Below the pieces are notes generated by a model that was not told the origin of the DNA, did no database searches, and saw nothing but the letters and a program-made list of their open reading frames with translations. A stretch of DNA of 64,000 nucleotides, taken from positions 4,650,001-4,714,000 of the forward strand of contig CP089275.1 in assembly GCA_023920165.1 (NCBI GenBank). Direction: 5' to 3'. Source of the stretch: Curvularia clavata (lineage: Eukaryota). Shown piece after piece: positions 36,501 to 48,251 of the stretch (its first letter is position 1; each line of letters opens with the position of its first letter). The translations under genes were made by a program, and so were the position numbers.

Positions 36501-39500
36501 TCGGACACATGGGCTAGCCGTTTGAAGCATTCGACTCGTCGCCTTCCTATTCAATCGTGGGTGGTATTCTGCCAAGGCGCTCCGTGTGCAGTAGTGCGGT
36601 AAGCGTTCCCAGCTCCCGGATTTTTGGGTGGGTTTTCTGCGCAATCATAATGTTTGTAATTCCATCTGAACACCGCTCGGCCCATGCCTATATGCGGTAG
36701 CTTTTCCATACCTAGCGCCCAATAATTGGCCGGGGAACACGACAGCCGTACCCGGAGATAGTGGACGATTCTGAACGGCTGGCTGGACGGAACTGGCGTG
36801 GCGGGCGTTAGCCAGCCCTTGACAACCATTAAGCGAATCCGGAAATATTTTCTCTTATTCTCCGCTGTCATACCTGACGAACTAGCTGAGCGCTACATTG
36901 TTTGGATAGATGGCTATGGAAGAGGTTTTTCGAGGTGCCTTTTCTTGTTTGAGGCTGCTTCTTGTTCCGGGTTGGAAAATGCTGAGCTTTTGATAGCGAA
37001 TACCGTAGTAATGCAAGGGAGGAAGCCTAGCCGGAGGCTTTTACTAGTCTCACAAGGCTCTGCGGACTCCCCCACTAAATGTACACATAGTCTGGACACT
37101 AAAAACCCAAGCTAAAGGGTGCGTGGAATGCCTAACTACCAGCAGCTGTGACTTTGCGCAGCCTCGACCATGTGCATACACGGGTCAACCTTACATAAAA
37201 TGTACTAGTGTACTATGTCGCTTTGTTCCGATCCTTTGAAAAGAAAACCAGTGATGCTGCAGATGGCGCAAGTGCATGCGCAACAAAATACTTGCGATGC
37301 GACGTTGGTTTTAGCTGCGTTATACGTGACTCTAGCGAAGCGGCGTCTATCGCGGACGTAAACGCGCGGCATGCGCTTAGCTAGTAGGGATTGTAGGGAT
37401 TGTACGGCTCGCACGGGTAGAGGCGTACGCATGGCGGCTACTCCAGGTGTTTTGACGCTTTAGCGACAGACTTGGGTTCTAGAGGCGCCGTTTAGCGCTT
37501 TGAACCTGGTGAGTTGCGCAACGCGGCGTCTGTGAGTCGATTTGCGTTGCAATGGCGTGCTGTTGCATCTGGTGGGTTACCAATGCCATGTGTGCGGTGT
37601 CCCGATAACCCGTATGCTAACTTGTGCCAGTAAAGAACCTAGTGTCTCTATGCCCGCACCAGATGGGTCTGGAGATTTTGAAGGCGCAAAGGCAATTACG
37701 CGCAGCGCTGAGAAAAAAAATGACGACTGGTTCACTCAGCCGCGGTAGGTCGAATCTCTGCAATATGTAAGCTGTTCGTTCCCCTGTCAGAAGCGCAAAT
37801 GATCTGCCGAGATACAGTCAGGGCACATTCGGGGGCCTGACGCCTTTATTCCTTCCCATCTGCAGGTGTCCGCTGTGGGGGGAGATGCGGCGTACGAGAA
37901 GCAGGGTGCGTTGGACGTTTGATTCCATGATGCAGATGCAGGTACCTGCTTATCATGTCCGTTTGCTTGCTCGAGAAACACACGTAATTGAAACCGCCTG
38001 AAACTCCATGTCTCGAGAGTAGGCATCTTCTCAGACTATGGCAATCATGGCGACCCATGGCTCAGACCCACAAAGATGGACAGCGGGGATTGTACAATTC
38101 GCGCCAGGCTTCGTTGCCTGCACAGGACCAGCTAAACAGGCGCATGTGAAATTGGCGCTCCTATTCGCAAAATTGTTTCCAATAGCTGCATGTCGTTTTC
38201 CCAGAAACCTGGGGTGACCGGTCGCCCCGCTAATTAGTGATTGTTTCCAGTGCACATGGATTCCTCAGCCGGGGGGTCGCGAGAGCAGCATTCAATGCAG
38301 GATAACCGTTGGTTCTATATTGTAGAGACTTGAAGGCTACGTCCATGACCCCTGCGCAGTGGGAACTCGGTGCCGTGGTGCGTTGCAATCGGCGACGCCC
38401 ATCGGCCCTGGAACAAGCCGAACGGGCGGCAGTGGCAACTTGTCTGTTGTATTGCTGTCCAATGCCGCTGTGGGACCATGCCCCTATGGACATGGCAGTC
38501 ATGAATACGTAGGGAGGTACTCTAGAATCAATATGGACCCGATTGCGAGCATGTGATGTTACAGTGGCCCATCCAGCGACCCAGCGGCGACGCATTGCAG
38601 TAAAATGTCTCAGTCGAGATGGACTTGGCAAGCAAACGGCCTTGAGTAGGTACCGGGGGACCATGGCTATGCTGGATTGGGCGAAGTCTCCATCAGGCCG
38701 AGGATGATGCGTGCCGTCACTCGCATTCAAAGGGCGTCACATGAGTGGCGCCTGTCAGTCTGGCGATGCGTCATTTCCCCCCGTTGGTGTTAGGTGCCGC
38801 TTCTTTTTTGCTTCTTTTCCATTGCCGTCATGCTAAAGTCGATGCGTGGACGAGGGCGCTGCTCGTGTCACCCGTTTGCATGGCGGCGGGAGAAGAGCAG
38901 TCTGGGGCTAGTAGAGAGCGCGCCTCTATATGCCATTGGCTTCCGCCGTGCTGGGTCAGGCAGCAAGCGGCCGTTGCTGCGACGGGCTGGTGCAAAGCGG
39001 AAGAGTATTAGACGCAGAGACGCGTTGAAACGACGACGACAGAACGGGGAGGTCGCTGGTGGACTGGGTGGGAGGAGCGTGGTGGCCGTGACGGAAGCAG
39101 ACTAGCGGGGCCCGATCGCTGCACGCTTTGAACGAGCCGACGTGGCTCGAGCCAGATAAGACAAGGCCAGACGGCCATACATTAAGCGCCCGCCGCGACG
39201 CTATTCCGCTAGTCGTGGGAAGAGACGGGTAAGTTGCAGCCAGGGCCTCCGGGATTGATATGCGATGTGGGTCGACTGCGATTCCAGACATGGTCAAACG
39301 CTGCAGCACGGTACCAACAGAGCGCCGTCTGCTCGTCACCTGTTGTCCAGGTTGCCCCAGGCCACGACGGCGGCCAAGGTGTCAGGCGATATTGCTCGCA
39401 AGCAGCCGTCATGCTGCGTCTAGCGGTGCTGAGCCCTGGTCTTCCCGAAGGCTCCCTCGCTGTGCCACAGTCGCAGCGTGTCGTGGGCCACTCAGATGCG

Positions 39501-40058
39501 ACCTGTGCGGATTTTGCTCATGGAGGGCGCTTAATATGCACCATGCTTGCACCATTTCACAGACAGACGCATCCATGCAGCTTTAGCCTGCTCGACATGG
39601 GCCGCGGTTCGTGGCTTGCGGTAATGATCCCCGTGTCGTCCCCGCCTCAGGTGCGTGGTGCAGAAAGACGTTGCGGGCAGTGCATGCCGGCTCGCTGCGC
39701 CCAGGGACTGACTGATCGTGGTGGCGCCCTCAAGCTACCCTGAATCCCTAGCTATCGTGGTGGTGCAAGAAAATACCCTCGTGACTCCACTGTCTGCGTC
39801 GATTGGGTTAAATGTGATCATATTGTCACTATGAACAAGAGGGCCCAATGCACATTGAAGCCAGGCAACCCTCACTATGTCACTGCAATCTGTCTACTGC
39901 TTCCATGTCGTTCCCGAGCTGGCCCAAAAACGCCGTAAATGCACGTGTCCACCCACGCAAAACAACAATGTCATCCAAAAGAAAAAGAAAAAAATTAAAC
40001 CATAACAAAACTTCAAAGTCATCTGCCAAAATGCAAGCCTTGAGAGGAGAACCGTCCA

Positions 40059-41157
40059 TCACATACGTGGACTGACGTCTCCCGAACTCATAACCTCGGT
40101 GCGACGAGAACACCCATCAGTCTTATGCCTAACACGTCGTTAATGCATGGACGGAAAAACTTTGGCAGAGTGCTCCTTACCTCGTTAGCGTGTCCTTGCG
40201 GCCAAACACCGCAGAACACTTCTCACATTGCCATGGCCTCTTCTTCTGGTGCACACATTCGTCATGCCGCACTAGATCCGCCCTGCGTACAAACTCTTTT
40301 CCACACTCCACATGAGGGCAGATGTAGTCTTTCCTGCGAACAGGTGCATGTGTGAGCAGATGTTGGGTCAGGTTGTGTTTTCTCGCAAACCCTTTATCAG
40401 GACAGAGATCGCAGTGATACAAAGCATGTGCAGGATCCGTGTGTCTCCGGTTGCGAGTTGGCTTGCGTGGTACGGCGCCCACGGCGAAGTGAGGACGCGA
40501 CTTCCGCGATCGTGGGCTGTGTACGCTTCCCTCTGATGCCTCTCTCTGGTACTCGACATGGCTGTAGTTGTACATAGGCGTCGCTTCGTTTCCAAGCATG
40601 ACTGGCGACGGATATGGGTTCTCGTATGCATATAGGCCTGTGCTGAGCCGCTCTGGAGCTACCGTCAAGGGCTGTTGTCGTGAGGTTGAAAGTTCATCCA
40701 TCTGCACTCTAGTGTCTGTGCTAAAGTGGACTTGCGGGCTCCATGCTGGGGTTTCGACCTTCACTACACCAGCATATCCATGTTCTGAGCCATCATGGGA
40801 AAATGTTGACATCTCGCGTGTGTAGGACAGCGAAGAACGGGGTGACGTTTGTGCCGATTGCCAGGGCAAAGGTGAACGAGATACTGGGTGGTCGAAGGCT
40901 CCCGAGAGATACGGGTTGGCAAAATCATTCGTCGAGTTAACGTTGGCGAATTGCCCATTCCAGTTTGGCGATGGCTGAGGTGATGGAGGCAGACCCTGTG
41001 AGAATGCAGACTGAACTTCGTACAGACCGAGACCTTGTGGATACTTGGACCGCGACTCCCCTCGGCCTGGTGAAGGATATGGCGACTCCATGAGGGTTCC
41101 TGTTCGATGTTGATAGGGCGAGTTGAAGGGTGGCGTAGGCTGGTCCGGGTACAGCAT
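40059..41157 (-). CDS. C2H2 zinc-finger transcription factor (three C-terminal fingers)
   Basis: CDLC..FARKHNLTQHLLTH, CPHVEC..FVRRADLVRHDECVH and CEKC..FGRKDTLTRHKTDGC; S/P-rich N-terminus; intron 40180-40129. Confidence 0.9.
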
Positions 41158-41937
41158 TGCTGAAAGAACGATGAAAGGACAAAGAGAAACGAGGTACAGA
41201 GTCTTTGAAGCTGACCAAATATGTGGAGAATGATAATGGATGGAAGTGGTAGTGGGGTGCAGGAAGCTGAGTGAAGTAGGAAGGTGAAGGCTGAACCAAG
41301 ACAAGTTATATTTGTATGGTGAAAACAGGTGAGCAGCCTTGCCAGATCTAAGATCAGACGTCGATTCGTATGCTCCACCTGCGTACCCTCAAAGCATGCG
41401 TTCAAACAGTGGGCTTTTGAGTGTTAGGCAGACTTCCAAATTATGCTAGGCAGGACCAGCATGAACAAAGCTCGAGCCGCCTACGCGGCAGCGCCTGTTA
41501 GTTCATGGGGGGGCTATGAAGGAGTGTGCAGGGCAGGGGCATGCAGAGGACAGTGGCTTGACCGGGGTAGCCAGAGTGAACCAGACTGTCGGGTACCTGG
41601 ACCTTAGCGGGCCGAACACAGAAATCCTTGCTCCGACCGGAGTTTGAGGCGCAAGAGGAGAGGGCGGTTGTACCCTTGCCGCTGTGCGTCCCTGTGAAAC
41701 TGTTCAGGTTGGCGACCGTGTTCTGGCTGCATCCGCCGTTGATCGTTTGCTCATTTACGGCCCCAATGCCTTTGCGACTGTGAGACACCAACATCCCATT
41801 TTCACGCGCACCCACTCGACTGTCGTTCTGCAAATGAAAAACATGCAATTGTATTTGGACTTTTCCCACACTGGTGTTCCTTGTCGTGGACAACTGTACC
41901 TACTTGCCTATACGCCCGCGGCTGCAAGCGCCGGCCC

Positions 41938-44900
41938 TCACGCGGCCAGTGTGCTCGCTTCGCGGTGCTCTCGGAGCTGCGACACCATCGCAGTAAGTTC
42001 TTCTACCTGGGTGGACAACTTGGCAACTAGTGTCCTCAACTGAGCATCTGATTCCGGGGCCCCCGTTTGAGTCTGAGGCCGATTCGTATGTTGAGTCCTG
42101 CCCACAGCACTGGGGAAGTTGGCCATCAGCAAGCGCGGCGAGTTCACAGCCAGCCGAGGGGCTCTTCTTGACAGGCCAGGTGACTGGGGTCCACCAGTAA
42201 ATGTCGTCACTTTAGCGTTGCGGTTACGAGGGCCGGAAATCTTCTCAAAAGCCCAGATAACAAATACGTGAGGCAGATGTGTCGCCTTGAGCATAACAAT
42301 CCGGACGCTTCTCAGCCACTCTGAAGGCAAAATGAGCCGCAACGGTCGAATCACTAACGGAATAAGATTCTGGAAGCCGGTCAGCCTTGCGACGGGGAGG
42401 GGGAAAGCGGGAATAGCTTGTTCGAGGGCCCACATAGGTTTGCAGCGTTGTCGAGCCGAGAGAGCCTGAGCGGCAGAACAAGGCTCGCCGGCAGGGTAAC
42501 AACGGCACAGAGCCCACACAATGCCACACCTCGAAGAAGCCAGGCACAAAACCTTGACAAGTTGGTTGGACATGAGTGTCTCTTCCGTTCTAGTCATAGA
42601 GGCTGTGCCAATCGGCCGTTCAGTAGCCCGGCGCTTAACACCCGCTTTTACGTCCCGACAATAGTACTACAAAACATACTCACCAACGGAGGCAGAAAAT
42701 ACGTCAACCTATTCGAACTCGATGCTTCAAGCACATAGACTGAATAGCTGCATCCATACCGCAATTAGTAAACGTCAGGTATATGTGGCTGGGATACACA
42801 AACACGAATAGATATTCATCTCTGGCATGATCCAAAACCTACTCCTTGTTAGTTCCTTCTGCAAGAGATGTCATAAAATGCACAAATTAACAATACAGCC
42901 ATGTCATCCATGACTCACGGAACAAGACGTGATTGCGGTGGAACTAGGATGGAACAGTCGAGACGTGGCTGTACCGCAATCCGATAACAACGACCGGGAG
43001 AATTCAAAAATTCTATCCAAGCGGTATATCCTGGGGAGTAGCTTGAAATGAGGGGGGCGCAGTTGAGAGTGGATCGATTCTTGGCATGCATAGCCATGTC
43101 TGCAGGGTGCGAGAATGGAGTATCGACAACCAACGAAAAAGTCAAGTACCTTACTCAAAGAGTTACTCAAAAGCGATATTAAACTTGTGATGAGTAGAAT
43201 GTTTGTCAAAGTGACAAAAACCAGCTATCATACGAGTCAGCACATCGTAAACTATTCATTCAGGACAGCATTACCATGACTGGAGGACCAAAGAACGGTG
43301 AACTGTGTTTGGTTAACAGACAGTAGTCGTTTGTTCTAGGGAAACGCATACATCTCTTCAGCGACATCTATCCATTACTCTTGTCAGCCATTGGTCAATC
43401 GTTGGCGGAGGCAGTGCAACTGTTGCTTTGATCGTTACGAGGGTTATCAACTCACCGAATCCTAGATAACTCGAACTTGACAAGAGTCAGCCGGTGCTAT
43501 AGCGATAATGGTATAGCTCTTCTCACCCAAAAAAGACTTTGATCAGGATCCAGCACTATATGGAGTGGATGAGCATGGCTGTATTCAGTGTGGCGGAGGC
43601 GGCAAAACCAACCATTTGTTTCGCGTTGAACCTACTGTCGCGAGCCAGCAACACAAAGGTAGTCAAAAAACCTAAATATAGTGTTGAGTATCCAATCACC
43701 GTAGCTTGTCACACACACCCACTTACCTAGATACAAGATAACCACAAGTGATAGAAACTTGACAAAGTCCTTTGTCATCTCTGGTTCGGCTTTAGCGGAA
43801 TCGAAGAAACACTGCCCAGCAAGGCACACTAACCTTTCAGACAGGGAATGAGAGTCCCGAAATAGCGATTGAGGCTGAGCAGAGAGAATATACGTGGTAC
43901 CAGGAAGAGAGCCTCTAATCCAAGCACGTCGTATGCTTGGTCGATTGTTGCAGCGTGGCCTGTCGTCAAACCTACAATTCCTGTCGGGGAGTTTTAGATG
44001 TTGTCTTAATCACGTTCTCCGGATGCCTCACTCATAGTAAAGAATATGAAGCCGACGACGACTATGCTAATATCCCACGTCCACCTGGTGTTGTTAGATA
44101 GCTCCTACGCAACTTGGTTGAGTAAGAATGTTACCAAAAATCCGAAGCATAGAATGATGTCTGTCCAGCATCAAGCCAATCTGCGAACTCGTCATATGCG
44201 AAGCTAGCAATCCACACGTAGAGTAGTAGCTCAGGGATTGTAATGCGGGTATTGTCGCGTCGCACCAGCACCGCGTAGTAGAGGCCCAGGAAAGCCGCGA
44301 AGAACAATGTCTCAAAAACTTTCAGATATAACGGGACACGCAGACGGGAGAAGGGATCGGCTTGTTTCCGGTTGTATTTCCTTGGCTTCTTCGCTGAGTG
44401 CAAGCTGAGGGTCTCCCAGAAGACGATATCCCCTTTCCACAGGCCGTTGATGATCTTCTGTACAGGCCTCTGTGAAAGGAACTTCTTTGCTCCAGATACA
44501 GTCGCAAGCTCAAGTGCACTGAGGTTTTCGCATTGGGACATCAAGGACCCAAATCGAGTTAACGCAGAATCACCACGGCTGAAGTAATCGCCATTGGAAG
44601 TCGGCAAGAGAGGTGAACGCTCATCTGGTTCTGTATCACCATTTCCATTCTGGCGGTTTTGATAACCAGCTTCCATAGACGGGCTGCTCGAAGCGGATAC
44701 AGGCGGTAGTTCAACCAATAGGTATTCGATGATTTCTGCCTCCTTCAAGTTTGTCAAGAATTGCCAGGCAACGAATTCACATGCGTATCCTCGTGCTTCG
44801 TTTACTCCTGGTTCGTCACTAGTCTCGTCCAAAGCAGAAAAATGTCCCTTTAGAGCCATTAAAGCAGATATTAGGGCCGGGTGGTCGACGTGATTGGAGA

Positions 44901-45170
44901 GGTACAGGACGAGGGATTTGAGCGCGCGCCCCTCTTGCGATCGGCGCAGGTCTTCGAAAGCATGCGGTAGCTTGACATTGTGCTCAAAAAATCTACAAGC
45001 CATTAGATAAGTGCGTCAATGGCGCATTGCATTCGACAAACTGACTGGCACAATTTGTCTGCCAGAGTCCCGAAATCTTCGTCGCCGTCTATCTCTGGCA
45101 TGCTTATATCGTTGACAAGCCATGACGGCGTATTTGGCCGCGACACTTCTGGTTGTTCTCCCCGTTGCAT
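41938..45170 (-). CDS. YVC1: Vacuolar TRP-like cation channel Yvc1, many exons
   Basis: Spliced product includes RGYACEFVAWQF, SALELA..AKKFLSQ..WKGDIVFW, SRLRVP.Y, KDFVKF, FFGSSYLGFD, TNILLITSLISLLSNS, HARDEYLF and YFLPPLNLI. Long introns at 43149-42839 and 42683-42370. Confidence 0.9.
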
Positions 45171-46069
45171 TGTGGTTGCAGGTTGCTGTTGGGTCTGGTA
45201 AAGATTCGCGACGCGTGGGGTGCAGCATGCAGCGCGCATCAGTGGAGCGGGAGTGCCTGCGTCATGGCTTTCTTGGCAGCCATCCCTCTTTGCCCAGACG
45301 TGTTCTCACGACACATAACGAATTGTTGCGTTACCTTGGAAACACACCTGCTCAAGAGTTTGATCTCACAAAATAATCGTTACCTTGACTTAGTGCGTCG
45401 CTTAATGCTAATTTGGTAGTATTAGCTCACGCATGAGCATGTTCTTTTTGCGCATGCCATGCTTAAAACATAATCCAGACAAAAACTCCCCAGGAAAGGG
45501 GGACGATCAAACAGCAAATATAATTTGAGCTCTTTTGGATAATATGATGGTAGTTTAGAGTACAATGGGTTCCGACGGTTCTATTGGGCGTGGTTCAGGT
45601 CGATCTTCTCTGAGTATCCGAGATAGAGACCAATGAGAGGTAGGTACGCAAACAAAGTATACTGGTTAATAAGTGCCAACGCTTAACAAGAACAAGTCAC
45701 AGTGGGTCAGTCAGTGTAATGTCTGTCACCTTCCTCACTCCAGCCGCGGCTGGTGAAGGTCTGTTCGGTTTCAGAATTTCGACACTGATAACGATTGCCT
45801 GTATTTTGCTAGAACAAGGCATCAACACACTGAAAAACCACGATGGAACAATTCAGGTCCTCGAATGTAACCTCTTAGCATCCGTTGAAGCTTTTCTAAT
45901 TGGCCATGCTTAATTAAAGCTAAGTTTGAACAATTGCAGTATCAGTATACCTTTCTAAGCTAATCAAGGCTTACTACTCGGAAACTAATATGTATATATA
46001 TTGAGTCTTTGAATAACTTGGCTTACTTCTTCTTAAGTGCTACTTAGGTGACATGAGTAATCCTTACGC

Positions 46070-46494
46070 TCATAGATGTTCACGCAGAAGCGATTTGCCG
46101 ACTTTCTTCAAGCCATGGAGTAACCTACTAGTGTCCTTATATACTGCGAATAATGTCCGGATGGACAGAGCTGTAGTGTAAAATCTTTTCTCACACAGAG
46201 CTCCGTAGCCATAAAAGTGGTCATATCATTGCTAAACAGCTTAATTTCTCTATTGGACAAGAAGAACTTCGCTAAACCCCTGGCATTCACAATATCCTGT
46301 GTCTTTATCATACTACATAGCTTTTCAACTAAAGCCGCCGTCGCAGTTGTACAAGTGAAGCGTAACGCTAATTGAACGTGAGTTGACAGAGGATTCGTAA
46401 TTTTTAGAATGACAGCCACATCATCGGAAACCATTCAAACACCCAAGATACATTTTGCGCCATACTGGCAACAAATGATGTTCAACGAGGACAT
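46070..46494 (-). pseudogene. Possible decayed F-box-like gene
   Basis: ILKITNPLSTHVQLALRFTC resembles an F-box helix pattern. In-frame TGA at 46437-46435 and 46110-46108; AT-rich sequence follows. Confidence 0.3.
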
Positions 46495-47070
46495 GACGAG
46501 ACAAGACCTTTCCTCAAGCACAAACATGAAGCCTTAGTCGGCTCAAACGTACCTTCTGAGACATGACTGTTTTTCAGTTATGAGTGGGTGACCGCTCTCA
46601 TGCAATCAGTAGCTGCAAGCACGAGTCTACTCAAAGAGCGAAGTCGCCTCCGCAACCACGCACGAAGCGCAGAAGGTCAAAACAACAGGGAGTAGGAGCA
46701 GTGAGGGACATAAGGAAGTCGTTTGTGACCGCTTTGTAGTATATAATACTGAATTTCGTCTCATCTCTTCCATCACTCCAGTTGTCAACTTCTTCTCCTC
46801 TTCCAATGCACTGCCACCAACTCCCATTGGTCCATGGCCTTTGTCTCTTTGCTATGGTCGACCCATACCACCATGTCACCATGCCTTCGACCCTCCTTCG
46901 AACGTCTCCTTCAAGTACCTTCGAACCTGTCTTGCATTAGCCTCGATGCAACCCTGACTACCGCCCACCTCCCAATAAACAATCCCGAACGAACCCTTCG
47001 AACCCTATTTGCGTTAGCCTCGTTGTTCCGTACACACATACAAAGGCAGGTTGGATGATGATACCAACGT

Positions 47071-47430
47071 TCTGAAGCTTCGGCTAGTGATGAATATGTC
47101 TGGCATTCGGACTGAAAAGTACGCCCTGCTTAGCTTTATGCTAACACGCGCCGACCTTGACAGGCCGCCTCCACTCGTTTCGGACCTCAGATTGATTGGT
47201 CAGCTTCATATTCATGAGCGACAAAGCATCATCACTGATCCGTTCCATCGTCCGTCTGAAGCTAGTGATGAATATGTCTGGCACTCGGACGATGGAAAGT
47301 ACGCCCTGCTTAGCTTTATGCTAACACACGCCGACCTTGACAGGCTGCCTCAACTCGTTTCGGACCTCAGATTGGTTCGTCAGCATCATTTTCGTAAGCG
47401 ACAAGATATCATCACCGGTCCCTTTTCCCA
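47071..47430 (+). repeat. Two-copy tandem duplication with a 180-bp period, each copy containing a 45-nt intron-like sequence
   Basis: GTACGCCCTGCTTAGCTTTATGCTAACAC(G/A)CGCCGACCTTGACAG at 47119-47163 and 47299-47343 differ at one base; the flanks are also similar. Confidence 0.92.
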
Positions 47431-48251
47431 TGATTTGGAAAGGGCGCGCCCTGAGGAGTGATGGAAGGGCAGGATGGGTGGCCAGCTTTATACTCGAGGC
47501 GAGAGCTGAACAGGTTGGTTTGTGGATGAGTAGTTGGCCCTAGTTGAAGGGTTCTTGTCCAAACTCTGGTTGCCAATTGATAATGTTTCTTCTGCTTTGC
47601 GCTGAACATTTCCTTCGTGATGCGTCTTTTGGTAATGTGCAAGTGCTGATAGGGTGGCTTTATTGCTTGCTGTTGGTCCGCACCACACCAGCATTTTCAA
47701 CCGTACCACGCATCTTTTCTCTATGAACAGCCCTTTCATTCTTGTTGTTACAATTACCACTACTGGCAGACGCTAGAACATCGGTTTCAAGGATGACAAG
47801 GATTCTATGGAACGAAAACCACTGCACTTGTAAATTGGATAAAGTACATTTGGGGAAACAAAGACCAGTTGGCGACTATCCGTGGTACAACCGTCTTATG
47901 TTGCAAATAGAGCTGGCACTGTGGGAACAAGACTTGGTGAAAAATTAGTGGTGGCGTCTTTCTGATGTACACCCATGGACTGGTAGTCATCGAACAAAGC
48001 GAAATCATTGTGATTTACAGGCTCTATCTGTGTCTAGTTAGTATCGGCAGACTAGGTAACAAATAGAAAATAACGATGTATATATGGCTCAGACTTGCCT
48101 TTTAAAACTACACATCAACAACTCCAAAGCGCGTATAGGCTGGCACCGTTCGTAGGGTAGCACGAGCCCGAGGAAACGCGCTGGTGTCTCCGCCGTTTGA
48201 TTGTGTTGTAATCATTGCCAGAAGAAAGAGAAAAGAGAAAAGCGACTGACC

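Noticed and set aside
32834..40058. Telomerase RNA in the long gap
   Set aside because: I found no TAACCCTAA-type template on either strand by eye; the nearest is CTAACCCC at ~34016-34023.
41938..42597. 219-aa stand-alone ORF
   Set aside because: It is the last YVC1 exon plus read-through into the preceding intron.
46885..47005. tRNA or SINE suggested by repeated TTCGAACC (B-box-like on the minus strand)
   Set aside because: No cloverleaf or A box; the copies are explained by local tandem duplication.
47071..47430. CRISPR-like array
   Set aside because: Eukaryotic DNA with only two long units and no unique spacers.
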